Assembly (NCBI GenBank): GCA_026770705.1
Contig: JANJGN010000009.1
Location: forward strand, 166,222,001 to 166,286,000
From: Isurus oxyrinchus
Lineage: Eukaryota
Direction of reading: 5' to 3'
DNA: 64,000 nt
Position 1 is the stretch's first letter. Every line of letters begins with the position of its first letter. Shown piece by piece: positions 41,908-56,506 of the stretch. Position numbers and translations under genes: made by a program. Below the pieces are notes generated by a model. That model had not been told where the DNA came from. It worked only from the letters and a program-made list of their open reading frames with translations, and searched no databases.

Positions 41908-42351
41908 TCAGATGCAGCACTTAGTAATGTGACTGCCTATTGGATATTATATCTAAAATCAACAACTTTCTAAATCAGCTGCTAAAAGTCATTGATTGCA
42001 ATGTTGCCATAAACACTAAAAATAAATTCAAAATAATAAATTTAAAATGGGCAACTATACTGTTTAAATGAATTATACGGAATATATTCTGGCTCTGTTT
42101 ATTGGTTCTATTCTGAATTGGGTTGGTAGCACCAGAGGACAAATTCAAGGTTTGGAACAAAATCACTTTGAAAGAAAGCACCTGCACTGATGTTGAGCCT
42201 TTCACATCCTGAGATTGGCCTTAAATTCTTCTCACCCAACTAATACATTTGAATAAAAACAAAAAAAACTGCGGATGCTGGAAATCCAAAACAAAAACAG
42301 AATTACCTGGAAAAACTCAGCAGGTCTGGCAGCATCGGTGGAGAAGAGAAG

Positions 42352-42390
42352 AGTTGACGTTTCGAGTCCTCATGACCCTTCGACAGAACT
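42352..42390 (-). ncRNA. Minimal hammerhead ribozyme-like motif, sense to the pepsinogen pre-mRNA
   Basis: Exact reverse complement of the 41374-41412 motif. Confidence 0.6.
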
Positions 42391-42666
42391 TGATTTCGAG
42401 TCCAAGAAAGAAAGTGCCAAGAAAGTCCAAGAAAGTGCCTTACCATCCATTCTTAATTAGCACATTCGTTTAGATAATATCACCAACTTTAACTTTAACA
42501 CCTATGTGTTCTTTTGTACCATTGTCACTGACATCTTTTGATGATCTGCTTCTATCACTGCTTGTTTGTCTACACAACCACCTCTCTCTCTCTCTATCTC
42601 TCCACCCCCCCCACACACACACCTTAAACCAGCTTATATTTCAACTCTTTCTTGGACTCGAAATCA

Positions 42667-42705
42667 AGTTCTGTCGAAGGTTCATGAGGACTCGAAACGT
42701 CAACT
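42667..42705 (+). ncRNA. Hammerhead-like motif with one stem-II mismatch
   Basis: As 41374-41412 but gggtc>ggttc. Confidence 0.5.
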
Positions 42706-44641
42706 CTTTTCTTCTCCGCCGATGCTGCCAGAGCTGCTGAGTTTTTCCAGGTAATTCTGTTTTTGTAATACATTTGAAGTGTATTTAACATTGCAGTGTA
42801 GACAAATGTGGAGGCAGTTTGTACACAGCAGTGTCCCACAAATAATCTGAGCGAACTCAGTGAAAAGATACCATGGACATCAGTTTCCTGCCCACTTCCC
42901 ATATCCATCAATTCCATGAGTGAACAAAAATCTGTCTATTTCAGCCTTAACTATACTCAGTGATGGAGCATCCACAAACGTCTGGGGTAGAGAATGCCAA
43001 AGATTCACAATGTCCTGATAGTGAAGAGGTTTCTCAACATGCCAGCCCCAACCACCTATCCTGACTCTGTGTCCCTTTGTTCTAAATTCCACAGCCAGAA
43101 AACAACCTCTCAGATTCCACCCTGTCAAGGCCCTTTTATGTTTCAATGAGACTGTTGTATTTTATGCCTCGGGGATATGCAGAGATGATACACCATTTTC
43201 TACTTGCTCAGGATAAGACTTATTTACAATGCTTTAAAAATGCCTACTCCCACGCTTGCAGCAGCCAGCCTCTGTTCAGTCTCTGCCTCTCTCTCTCTCT
43301 CTTCAAGTGACCACAGCCAGGCTTAATTAATCATACACGGTGAGCAGTGAACAGAGACACATAATCAAATGTTGAGGAATTGAGCACTACTGGGCTCACC
43401 TCTAATTCTTCTAACCTCCAGAGAATATTAATCTAATTTACTGAACATCTCTTCATTGCCTAACCCTCTTACCCCAGGGACCAATCTATTGAACCTTTGA
43501 TTTACTGCCTCCAGTGCATCTATATCTTTCCTTGGATACAGGGACCAAAACTGCCCATGGTATTTCAGGTGTGGAGTACAATGCCACCCTAAATATTGAC
43601 ATTCACAATGTGCTCAAGTTTTACATTAGATTTGAGCCCATGACATTGACACAAAGACAAGAGCGTTAACAACTAAGGCAAGCTGATTGTTTGAGTGAAA
43701 GCAAAATAAGCAGTTCCTGTTTCATTCAGGGAAATAACATGTAGCAACAAGTGCATAAGAGACTTTTACCTTGTTAGGTACACAGAGAAGAGAGGCTCAT
43801 CCACCAGTTTCTGAGACATCATGTTACTAAATACAGTTGTGGCTCCTGATGCTGCAAGAGATGGAAAGCCCATGCCCAGAATTCCATCAAATTTAACGTA
43901 GGAAAAGACACCACCAGGTTCAGATGTACTTAAACCAAATTCCTGACCATTGATAGTAATGTTTGAAATCTAGAAAAATAAAGTCAAGTGATTATTCATG
44001 AGAAATTAAGCAGAATGTTATCTGTCAATTGTAACTTCTTCATAAATTGCACTTAGCAAATATGTTTTCCCCACACCCATGCAGCCAATCAGGAGCACCA
44101 ATGGGTTAGATGACCAATTAAACATTTTTTTTAACAATCCTGTTTCATGGATAAATTTTGAAAAAGAAATGGGGAGTGGCCACATGAGCTTCTTTGAATA
44201 GTAGATGGTGGTTCTTTACATCCACTTCAAAGATTACCTATAACACTATGGTAGTCTCAATCTGGATTATCTATACAAGTGGGATTGAGCTCGCAACCTT
44301 CTGACTCAGAGTGCTACCACTGAGTTACGGTCGACGACTGAAAGATGTCATATCCCACAATCAACAGAAATATACATCAAGCTGTGAGTTGAACTGAATG
44401 AAGGGAGCATTTTCATCAAATATCAACTGTGCCAATGGAAAGAATTTCAGGCAAGTTTTATTACAAATCCTCAACTTGAACATTGAGACACTCTCTGCTA
44501 CGTCATCATTACACACCCATGTATCTGTTCATCATCCAACTGATCAAAGTCATTATTTTTGATTCCAAGTTATCTGGAACATATTACATTAGACATCAAT
44601 TATCACTGTTATGCAGTTTAATTTACTTGATGAAGGGGCTA

Positions 44642-44791
<150 letters not shown>

Positions 44792-46107
44792 TCATGAAAT
44801 TAATAGAAAAACATTTCACCATTTAGTCTAATATAACAAGAAACTTTTGTGCCAGAAAAGAATCAATTACTCACATTTTTTAAATTTTCTATTTTTAACA
44901 AGCACCCACCCAATTTTCTTGAGACACTTACGTATATTACTGGTTCCCTTTTCTTTGGAATGAAGTCCTGAGAATGTGAGGAGGATCAGAAAGCTGTGTT
45001 CATGTGTGAGGTGGAGCTCTGTGTTGGACATGTGTGTGCATGTGTGTGTCCATGTGCACAACTGCAAAGGAAGATACTTCATGCCAGTCTAAAGGAGACC
45101 CTCTTGTTAGCCTAGCCATTGGATAAGCTTAAACCTATTCAAATTTAACTTGACACCAGAATGGACCCTGGGAGAGGGATTTTTGCTACCAGGTCAGGTT
45201 GAAGATCCTGGGGTCGTTCTCCTTGGAACAAAGGTGATTGTGTGAAAGTGTGAGAGAGGTGCAGAAGATAATCAATTTATGATGGGTTTAGATGAGGTAG
45301 AGAAAGAAAATCTGTTCCCATTAACTGATAATTTAAAGACCAAGGGCGCAAATATAAGGATTCAGGCAAAAGATGCAGTTGGATGTCAGGAAGAACTTTT
45401 TTAAGCAGTGGGTGGTAGTGACCTGGAACTTGCTGCCTACAAGGATGGTGGAAGTAGAAATAATCAATGATTTCAAAAGGAAATTGGATGAGAACTTGAG
45501 GAATATAAACCAGCAGGGCTATGGGGATAGAGCCATGGAATAGCACTGACTGGGTTGCTCTACAGTGAGCTGGCATGGACCCAATTGTCTAGATTGTCCC
45601 CTCTGTGCAGTAATGAATTCATGACTCTATGACACAGCGTTATGGAGAATGTACCTTTGTTGTGTACTTTTGATTTGTTTAGTTTTTTTATTACCTGAAT
45701 TGTCATTAAGGATTCAAAACATTATTCTAAATTCTTCCAGGTTCTCAATTTGCTTTGTTGCCGCAAAATCTCTATACCAGTAACCATCCGATCCAGGAGT
45801 GTGAACTGGAAATTATTTTACACTAATGCTAAGTTTTTAGTGTAACTTCAACCTAAGATTTGTCCATATCCAGAGGGAGACAAAGAACCACAGCTTAAAC
45901 CTCCAAGAAATCAAAGCTTGGTTCAATTTCTCTCCAAGCCCAGAGATAACCAAGCAAAATTCTCGGCTTTCATCCAATCTTACAAAACACACTGTTCAAC
46001 TGTGACTATTGTAGAAATTTGACTCTCTTCTTAACTCAGCTACTCAACTGACCTTCACATGAAGACAATTCCCAAAAGGAAGTATGTTAACAGCAGGGTA
46101 ATATTTA

Positions 46108-46233
<126 letters not shown>

Positions 46234-48616
46234 TCAGCACAAAGAAAAAGACCAAAATATATCAACTGGAAATGTATCATTGTGTTATTAGGTTCAGGTT
46301 CCTCTACACCCATTAGAAAATGTAAATCTTCCGATCACTCCTTTATTCTAATCACATGATGCAGAAGTAGAAGAGTGTAGCTATTTAAATGCAAGAGAGG
46401 TAATGAGTAGGAATAAGCAATGTATCTGTTCCTATGTATTATGCTGAATAATATACTTCATGGCTAAGATGATGTTACACCTTTCATTCATGTTCTCTTT
46501 TAACTTCAGGTCGCATCTCAACTCCAACTGATGCTAACAGGACAGATAGCATTGTTAAACACCCACCCAGCAACACAAGCCATGCTTATTAAAGGTACCC
46601 AAAAATATTAACCCAGTAACTATCAGCGTTGGTTAGGCAAGCTGCCAGTTCATAGGTCTACAGAAAAAATAACTAATTTCTCACGATGAATCAGAAGTTT
46701 CTAATCCAGATCAAAAGGATTCAATGTTGTGATCACTAGTTTTTCATAGAAATATACGATGGTTACAGTATAGATGGAGGCCATGTGACCATTCATTTCC
46801 GACTAGCTCTCTGCAATAGCAGTTCGACTACGTCTATTCCTCTCACATTGTCCCCTTGTGTCTGCAAATATTGTCGCCTCACATAATTATCCAATTCTCT
46901 TTTCAAAGCTGCAATTGAATCTGCCCCCTCAACCCCTTTAGTCAGAATGATCCAGATCCTAACCACTGGCTGTGTAAAAAATGTTTCTTCCTTGTGTTAA
47001 CATTGGTTCTTTTCTCAGTCACCTTAAATCAGTAACCACTCGTTCTTGACCATTCTCCTAATGATTTTGACAACCTCTATGAAATGTACTCTTAATCTTC
47101 TCTTCAAGTACAACAGCCCCAGTTTTTTCAACCTATTCATGTAACTGAAGTTTCTCATTCCTGGAACCATCTGGTAAATCTTTTCTGTACCCTTTCTAAT
47201 GCCTTTGTATCCTTCCTATAGGGTGGTGCTCAGAATTGGAAATTTGACTCCAGTTGAGGTTGAATCAATATTTTGTAGATTGGTTCATCATAAATTCCTT
47301 GCTTTTATGATCAGTATGTCTCTATTTATGAAGGCCAGGATCCCGTATGCCTTTTAACCAACCTGCCCTGTCACTTTCAACAATTTGTGCACACACACCC
47401 AGATTTCTCTGCACCTACATCCCCTTCAGAATTGTACTCTTTACATTATATTGCCTCTCCTTGTTCTTTATACCAAAATGTATCACTTCACACATCACTG
47501 CATTAAATTTTAGCTGCTAGGTGTTCTCCTAATCCACCAAACTCTCTATGTCCTCTTGATATCTATCACTGCCAACCTCACAGTTCTCAATACTTCCAAG
47601 CTTTGTATCACCTGCAAATGTTGAAATTGTGCCCGGCCTCACCCAACTCTAAGTCATTGATCTAGATCAGGAAAAGCAGTGGGGCAAATACAGGCTCCAG
47701 GGAAACTGACCATATGCTTTCCTCCAGACTGGAAAACAACCATTCACCATTTTACCTGTCACTCAGCCAACTTCATATCCATGCTTCTACTGTCCCTTTT
47801 ATTCGATAGGCTTCAATTATGATGACACGTTCTAATGTTGTATTTTATCAAAAGCCTTTAGGAGGTCCACGCCCACCACATCAAACTCATTACCCTGAAC
47901 AACCTGCACTGTTACCTCATCAAAAAAATATAATTAAATTAGTTTATCATGATTATTGTTTAACAAGTCTGTGCCAACTTTCCTGACTTAATCCACATAA
48001 AGTGACTTACAGCACCCAACAACAGATAGAACAGCTGAATCCCATCCATTGACAATTGCCGTGTAAATTATAGCAGGTTAAATATCTACAACACAAGGTC
48101 TACTCACACAGTTTATGTGCCACTGAATTATTGCCCTTAACCAGCAACTGGCTCTGAGAATAACATAAATTACAGGTGGAAGCTGCAATAAATTTAAGTT
48201 AAGATGTAGTTTTCTCTTTTGTTTGGTAAACTGAGAGATTACTTACATCCAAGTAGTTAATCATTGGTTCATTTGTCTCCAGAGTTAAGGGTTGTTCAAA
48301 CTTTGAGCAGGGATCATATGGATGATTCTTCAGGAAGTCTTCCAGCAACCCTTTCTCCTGAAGGACGTCACGGGCTGACTTACCCTTAAACAAGGGCACT
48401 CTGTAAAGAAACAAAATACGTTGCAAATGTCATCACATTTTCTGTACCTTGCGGACATATTATTCATTTCCTCATTTGTCTTGTGTTGATTTCTGACCTG
48501 ATCAGACATTCAGAGAGCTGAATGCAAGCGAGGGTGATGAGCAGCCACTTCATCTTGCCAGTTGGGTTGGTTCGGAGACTCTACAGAACTTAAAGTTTGG
48601 GGCCTGAGCAGCAACA

Positions 48617-48622
48617 TTTATA
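48617..48622 (-). promoter_or_regulatory. TATA box, copy 3
   Basis: TATAAA on the minus strand 64 nt upstream of the ATG at 48553. Confidence 0.65.
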
Positions 48623-50824
48623 CTCTCTCTGACCAAACTATTCCATTGTCACGAGGCCTCAGAAACGATTATTCAGTATGATAAGTATGTATTAATGTAT
48701 TCATGATTAGGTTATCTCAAATATAATCTTTTTAGTTAAGGACAACCTTCAACCTAAGTGGTAAGTAATTAAGAGCATTTGGGTTATAACAAAATACTTT
48801 AAGTATTGTATAAATCAAGCTAAAAACAATTGTGTTAGAGCCACAAAATATCAATATCACAAGAAGATAATTCACTGCTGGATACAACATTTAACCAGTT
48901 CATGTATGAGGCACCTCATCCACAAACATTCACTCCCTCCACCACCATTGCACACTAGCAGCTGTGTGTTCCCTCTTCAAGGGACTCACCAAGGCTCCTT
49001 AGACAGCACCTTCCAAAAGCATTAAATCTACCATCATAAAGACAAGGGCAGCAGATACATGGGAGCACCACAAACGGGAAGTTCCCCTCCAAGCGATTCA
49101 TCATTCTGACTTGGAAATATATTGCTGTTCCTTCACTGTTGCTGGATCAAACACCTTGAACTCCATCTCTAAGAGCACTGTGGATGTACCTACACCACAG
49201 CAGTTCAAGAAGGCAGCTTACCACCACCTTCTCAAATGTAATTTAGGGAGGGCAAGAAATGTTGGCCTAGCCAGCGGCGCCCACATCCCATGTACGATTA
49301 AATCAAAGTTTGCCACTACGGAGGTTGAAGAACTTCTGATGTTGAATTTCCTGGAGGGTACTAATTTATCATGCTTGCATTGAATAGGCTCAATTGACAA
49401 CATCAGCTGCAACAGTGATGCCCTGTCGATTTAGAAAAATCATCTGACTCCAACAATATAAGTTTTGCATTTGAAATTTTGAAATGTACTCTTTTGGGTG
49501 GAAATTTCACTTCAGAGTTATGTTATGCTGCTTTAAAAGCCCTGATCTGGGACTTGGATATGTCATCTAGGCTTACACATTTTATGTCATGTTAAAATAT
49601 GGATCTTCTGCGAGTTCAGGTGAACATTATCAAGGAAGACCAGATGGATCCACCAAGTGTTCGATCCAATATTTATCCCCTCATCCAACACCACCGAAAG
49701 AGATTTACTGTTTTTTTTTAAATTTCCTCTTGGTGTACGTGTGTTACTGCAAGGCCAGTATTTATTGCCCACCCGTAATTGTCCTTGAGCAGGCGATGGT
49801 GAACCCCCTTATCAACTTTTCTGTAGTGGGATGATAGAACTGAGCAGCTTGTTAGGCCATTTCAGATGCCTGAAATGCCTCAGATAGTAGTTGCGAGTCA
49901 ACCATGTTGCTGTGCGGCTGGAGTCACATGTAGTCCAGACCAAGTAAGGACGGCAAATTCCCACACCTGATGGGCATTAGTAATTCAGGTGGGTTTTACA
50001 CAGTAGTACAGCAGTCACATTATCATTTTTAATTAGAGAAGTGCTTTGTTCCAGGTTTATTAATTAATTGAATTTAAATTCAGCAACTTCCATGGTAGGA
50101 TTTGAACTCATGACTCGGATGTATTGCTAGGTCATGTCACTGACCACCCCATTCTTGCATTCCCATCCCATTGTTGCAAGTCGGATTTTCCTGTGTACGA
50201 CTGGCTGCTGCCTATATGTACAAAGCAATTAGGCCCATGCTTGAGTATTAACTTGTTCCTCCATGGCATTGTAATTGAATCCAGCATTTTCCAGCCCAAG
50301 AAATAGAAAAAGCCAAGCTTCCTGCTCCTGTTTATTATCCACTGGACTCTGTGGATTGTTGTATCCCTGGACATTGCAAACAGGCAAGATTACAAACTGA
50401 GATAACCATCATTGTGTCCAACAGCCCACTTGCATTCATTATAAATTCTCAGGTCGTGAAAGGTCATTTGGGTGAATTCAGCAATTACCAATAGAAGAGA
50501 AAGTCAACATTTGCTGATAATCTTTGGGAATTGAAGCCATACTGAAGAATTCTGGGCAATCCCCATCATGCTCGGCTGTGGCAAGTGAACAGAGACAGCC
50601 TTTTGCCTATGTTTTCCTGCTGAATCATATCGTTGGTTACATCAACTTTGGGTACAATCGGTCACTTTGCCCAAAAATATCTCGGGACTTTATTTTTCCA
50701 CTCAGGAGCACCAATTCCCAGCTGTATGTATAATACCAGGCTCCCCTTGTGGTGTAAAGAAGATCATTGTTTAATATTTGTTCTTGTTATTTGAAATCAT
50801 AATGAGTTATACTTTATCCAAACA

Positions 50825-52149
50825 ATGCAGCAAAAACTGTTCCTCTGACATGTCCTCCTTCTTCCTTAACCGAGGTTTTCCACCCACGGTCGTTGACAGG
50901 GCCCTCAACCGTGTCCGGCCCATCTCTTTCACATCCGCCCTCACGCCTTCTCCTCCCTCCCAGAAACATGATAGGGTCCCCCTTGTCCTCACTTATCTCC
51001 CCACCAGCCTCCGAATTCAAAGGATCATCCTCCACCATTTCCGCCAACTCCAGCATGATGCCACCACCAAACACATCTTCCCTTCACCCCCACTGTCGGC
51101 ATTCCGTAGGGATCATTCCCTCCGGGACACCCTGGTCCACTCCTCCATCACCCCCTACTCCTCAACCCCCTCCTATGGCACCACCCCATGCCCACGCAAA
51201 AGATGTAACACCTGCCCCTTCAGTTACTCTCTCCTCACCGTCCAAGGGCCCAAACACTCCTTTCAAGTGAAGCAGCATTTCACTTGCATTTCCCTGAACT
51301 TAGTCTACTGCATTCGTTGCTCCCAATGTGGTCTCCTCTACATTGGAGAGACCAAACGTAAACTGGGCGACCGCTTTGCAGAACACCTGCGGTCTGTCCG
51401 TAAGAATGACCCAAACCTCCCTGTCGCTTGCCATTTTAACACTCCACCCTGCTCTCTTGCCCACATGTCTGTCCTTGGCTTGCTGCATTGTTCCAGTGAA
51501 ACCCAACGCAAACTGGAGGAACAACACCTCATCTTCCGACTAGGCACCTTACAGCCTTCCGGTCTGAATATTGAGTTCAACAACTTTAGGTCTTGAGCTC
51601 CCTCCTCCATCCCCACCCCCTTTCTGTTTCCCCCCCTTCCTTTTGTTTTTTCCAATAAATTATATAGATTTTTCTTTTCCCACCTATTTCCATTATTTTA
51701 AAATATTTTTAAATCTTTTATGCTCCCCCCACCCCCACTAGAGCTGTACCTTGAGTGCCCTACCATCCATTCTTAATTAGCACATTCGTTTAGATAATAT
51801 CACCAACTTTAACTTTAACACCTATGTGTTCTTTTGTTCTTTTCTCTGTGACATTTTTGATGATCTGCTCCTATCACTGCTTGATGGTCCCTACAACCAC
51901 ACCACCCCCCTCCACTTCTCTCCCCCCACCCACCGCACCCCCCCCCCCCCCTCAACCACCCCCCACCCGCCACCTTAAACCAGCTTACATTTCACCCCTC
52001 TCCTTGGATTCATCTAGTTCTGTCGAAGGGTCATGAGGACTCAAAACGTCAACTCTTTTCTTCTCCGCCGATGCTGCCAGACCTGCTGAGTTTTTCCAGG
52101 TAATTCTGTTTTTGTTTTGGATTTCCAGCATCCGCACTTTTTTGTTTTT
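50825..52149 (+). mobile_element. Penelope-like retroelement, 5'-truncated, GIY-YIG domain intact
   Basis: ORF to 51596: VYCIRCSQCGLLYIGETKRKLGDRFAEHL...VACHFN...EEQHLIFRLGTLQPSGLN. Same insertion point as 14524. Confidence 0.93.
52016..52054 (+). ncRNA. Degenerate hammerhead-like motif
   Basis: GAAA core mutated to AAAA. Confidence 0.4.
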
Positions 52150-52151
52150 AT

Positions 52152-52830
52152 CGCTGAAGGTAAACATGCAGGTGCAGCAGGCGGTAAAGAAGGCAAATGG
52201 TATGTTGACCTTCATAGCCAGAGGATTCGCGTTCAGGAACAGGGATGTCTTGCTGCAATTGTACAGGGCCTTGGTGAGACCACAGCTGGAATATTGTGTG
52301 CAGTTTTGGTCTCCTTATCTGAGGAAAGATGTATAGAAGGAGAGCAGCAAAGGTTTACCCCTGGGATGGCGGGACTGACATATGAGGAGAGATTGAGTTG
52401 ATTAGGATTCACTGGAGTTCAGAAGAATGAGCGGGGATGTCACAGAAACCTATAAAATTCCAACAGCACTAGACAGGGTAGATGCAGGAAGGATGTTCCC
52501 AATGGTGGGTGAGTCCAGAACCAGGGGTCACAGTCTGAGGACATGGGGTTGGCCATTTAGGACTGAGATGAGGAGAAATTTCTTCACCCAGACAATGGTG
52601 AGGCTGTGGAATTTGTTACCACAGAAAGTAGTTGAGACCAAAATATTGTATGCTTTCAAGGAGTTAGATATAGCTCTTGGGGCGGAAGGGATCAAAGGGT
52701 ATGGGGAGAAGGCAGCAGCAGGCTATTGAGTTGGATGATCAGCCATCATCATAATGAATGGTGGAGCAGGCTCGAAGGGCCGAATGGCCTACTCATGCTC
52801 CTAGTTTTTATGTTTCTATATGTTACTATA
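52152..52830 (+). mobile_element. CR1 LINE 3' part
   Basis: LYRALVRPQLEYCVQFWSPYLRKD. Homologue of 16265-16955. Confidence 0.88.
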
Positions 52831-53675
52831 ACAAATATTTTATTCTAGTACACAATTCCTTATGACAACAAGCATTGGAGTTTATAGACCCACGTCAAAG
52901 AGTCCAGACCCACTTGTAGATGTCAATTAAACTGTGAAATTGGCAGGCACTCTGCTATGATAATGAATGGTTGTGTAATCAGTCAGAAAGCACTAATCAA
53001 GTAATGACAACCCTCAGATTTTTGTCAACAGACAGAATGAACTATCAAGCAATCATTTTTTAATACACCAGGCAATTTTTTCAAAGATGTAAAGAGCAGG
53101 ACCTTTAAATGCCTTGACACTTTTGACAGCTCCCCCTGACAGGTGTTTCTAACAGTTTTAACAGGTCCCTTTGACAGGTCTATTGACAGTTCCAGTGAGG
53201 TTGTCAGTAATGACTTTATGCATTTTTAGGCACATTTATGCCTCCTTTGAATAATTCCAAAAGGCACCTGACCTCCACCAAAGGTTTCTTGGGACCAGAC
53301 CCAAAGGGGTACCTTACCACTCCTAGGAGGTACCTGGCTATCCAAATGAATCCAAAGTTCAAGTATGATGTTACCAGGTCCATTCTGCAGCAGTCAGGTT
53401 TCACACCAGAAGGCTACCAAAATACCACTTCAGTGGAATCCAATTAATGACTTAAATAGCCAGTTGCCTCTGTAAAACATGCAGGGAAGAAATACCCCCT
53501 GTATCTGCAAAAAATGGCAAGTGCCATTTTAGGGATTTGGGGGTGTGGGAATTATGGTTCTGGCCAATTACATGATTTTGCAACAACAGAGAGGCCTTAC
53601 ATTCTGTCACTTTGTGACATTTCTTACATTTATTGCTATATGATCCCTCTGACATTGAAATCCTTAGTCAAGACT

Positions 53676-55050
53676 CACAGAATCAAAGAATCACAGTGCA
53701 GAAGAGATCCTTCGGCCCATCGAGTCTGCATCGACACGTGAGAAACACCTGACCTACCTACCACATCCCATTTACCAGCACGTAGCCCATAGCCTTGAAT
53801 GTTATGATCTGCCAAGTGCTCATCCAGGTAATTTTTAAAGGATGTGAGGCAACCCGCCTACACCACCCTCCCAGGCAGCGCATTCCAGACTCTCACCACC
53901 CTCTGGGTTAAAAAGTTTTTCCTCACCTCCACCCCTAAACCTCGTGCCTCTCACCTTGAACTTGTGTCCCCTTGTGACTGACCCTTCAACTAAGGGGAAC
54001 TGCCGCACCCTATCCACCCTGTCCATGCCCCTCATAATCTTGTACACCTTGTTCAGGTCGCCCTTCAGTATTCTCTGCTCCAACGAAAACAATCCAAGTC
54101 TATCCAACGTCTCTTCATAACTTAAATGTTTCATCCCAGGTAACATCCTGCTGAATCTCCTCTGCACTCCCTCCAGTGCAATCACATCCTTCCTACAATG
54201 TGCTAACTAGAACTGCACTCAGTAGTCCAGCTATGGCCTTACCAAGATTCAATACAACTCCAACACAACCTCCGCAATTTTGTAATTATGGCTTGATTGA
54301 TAAAGGCAAGTGTCCCAAATGCCTTTTTCACCACCTCACAAACATGCCCCTCCGCCTACAGAGATCTATGGACACACATGACAAGTGTCATGCCGTTCAT
54401 TGAATACTTCCTTGTCAAATTACTCCCTCCAAAGCGTATCATCACACACATTTCAGGGTTAAACACCATCGGCCACTTACCTGCCCATTTGACCATCTCG
54501 TCTATATCTTCCTGTAGCCCAAGACACTCAACCTCATTATTAACCACCCGGCCAATCTTTGTATCAACCGCAAACTTACTAATCCTAACCCCCACATAGT
54601 CATCTATGTCGTTTATATAAATGACAAATAATAGGGAACCGAGCACAGATCCCTGGCTTCCAGTCACTAAAGCATTCTTCTGTCATCACCCTCTGCCTCC
54701 TACAACTAAGTCAATTTTGAATCCACCTGATCCAATTACCCTGTATCCCCTGAACATCTGCCTTTTTTATAAGTCTCCCATGTGTGACCTTGTCAAAGAA
54801 TTGCTGAAATCTGAATAAACTACATCAACTGTACTACCTTCATCTACACGCCTGATCACCTCCTCAAAAAATTCAATCAAATTTGTTGGGCATGACCTCC
54901 CTCTGACAAAGCCATGCTGACTATCCCTGATCAAACCTTGCCTCTCCAGGTGGAGATAGATTCTCTCCATCAGAATTTTCTTCGATAGTTTCGTCAATAG
55001 GCTCACTGGCCTGTAGTTGCCTGGCTTATCTCTACAACCCTTCTTAAATA
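53676..55050 (-). mobile_element. CR1 LINE RT to 3' tail
   Basis: LFKKGCRDKPGNYRPVSL, SQHGFVRGRSC and IYINDID motifs. Confidence 0.9.
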
Positions 55051-55051
55051 A

Positions 55052-56506
55052 CCACATGCTAGCGAGCTCAGAAATAGGAGAACAGTGCAGATCAATACGT
55101 GGCTTAAGAGTTGGTGCAGGAGGGAGGTATTTAGATTCCTGGGTCACTGACACCGTTTCTGGGGAAGGTGGGACTTGTAGAAGCGGGACGGCCTATATCT
55201 GAAGCAGAGCGGGACTAACATCCTTGCAGGCGGGTTTGCTAGTGCTGTTGGGCGGTGTTCAAACTAATTCGGCAGGTGGAGGGAACACAGAATGTTAGCA
55301 GAATAGCGACACATCATAATACAGTAATACAATCAAGTCAGAGGGAGTAAAGCTGCATTAAGTTTCAAGGGAATAAGGCAAGGCTGGATGGCCTCTACTT
55401 TAATGCCAGGAGTATTACAGGTAAAACGGATGAGTTAAGGATGAAGATTGAGACGTGGAATTGTGATATAGTAGCCATCACTGAGATGTGGTTGAGGGAG
55501 GGGCAGAATTGGCAGCTCAACATTCTGGGATATAGAATCTTCAAGGGAGTCAGGGGAGTGAGTAAAAGTGGAGGAGGCATTGCATTACTAGTTAAGGAGA
55601 CAGTTACTGCAGGAAGGAGAGATGATATCTTGGAGGGGGCAACGAATGAAGATTTGTGGGTAGAGCTGACGATTTAAAAAGTGGGCAGCCACATTATTAG
55701 GTGTTTATTATACACCCCCAGATAGTCAGTGGAAAATTGAGGAGCAAATATGTGCACAATTTGTGGAGGTGTGTCAAAACAATAACAATAGGTAATTATA
55801 TTATGTGATTTCAACTTTCCCAACGTTAATTGGGATAGACATAGTGTTAAGGGCTGGGATGAAGTGTATTTCTTGAAATGTGTACAGGAGAACTTTTAGG
55901 TCAATATGTAGAGGGTCCAACAAGGGACAGCGCAGTGCTGGACCTAATTCTGGGGAATGAAGCTGGATAGGTGGCTGAGGTGGTGGTGGGGGAGCAGTTT
56001 AGTGATAGCGATCACAACATGGTAGAATTTAAGCTTGTTATGGACAAAGAAATAGACAAGTTGCAAGAAAATGTTTTGGACTGGGGGAGATGGATTTTAG
56101 TATAATAAGGCAGGATCAGGCCAAGGTAGAATGGGAAAAGCTACTTGTGGGGAAATCTACAGAGGAGCAGTGGGGGGTGTTCAAAAAGGAACTGGGGAGG
56201 GTACAGGCTCACCATGTTCCGTCTAGGGTGATAAGATGGAGTCACAAGCCCAGAGCACCATGGATGACCAGAGTTATTCAGATTACGATGAGAAAGAAAA
56301 GAGAGACTTTTAGCAGGTACAAGAGAAGCAAATCAGCAGAGGCATTAGTGGAGTACAGAAAATGCAGGGTGGAGCTTAAGAAGGCAATTAGGAGAGCAAA
56401 GAGGGGACATGAGAAAGCTCTGGCTGGTAAAAGTAGGGAAAATCCCTAGATATTCTTTAAGTATATCAATGGGAAGAGCATAACTAGGGAAAGAGTGGGG
56501 CCCATA
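55052..56506 (+). mobile_element. CR1 LINE 5' part (ORF1 end plus endonuclease)
   Basis: CDIVAITEMWLREGQNWQLNILGYRIF...GGGIALLVKE. Confidence 0.85.

Larger units (their letters stand above)
42254..42765. mobile_element. Penelope insertion made of an inverted plus a direct terminal-repeat copy, 13-bp TSD, copy 3 intron 5
   Basis: 42254-42410 is the reverse complement of the element's 3' end; about 42433-42765 is the direct copy. TSD taatacatttgaa at 42241-42253 and 42766-42778. Confidence 0.9.

Noticed and set aside
48491-48497. Altered intron-1 donor in copy 3 (gtcaga versus gtagga) as an inactivating lesion
   Set aside because: GT is retained and the +4A/+5G match is acceptable, so there is no reason to call it defective.
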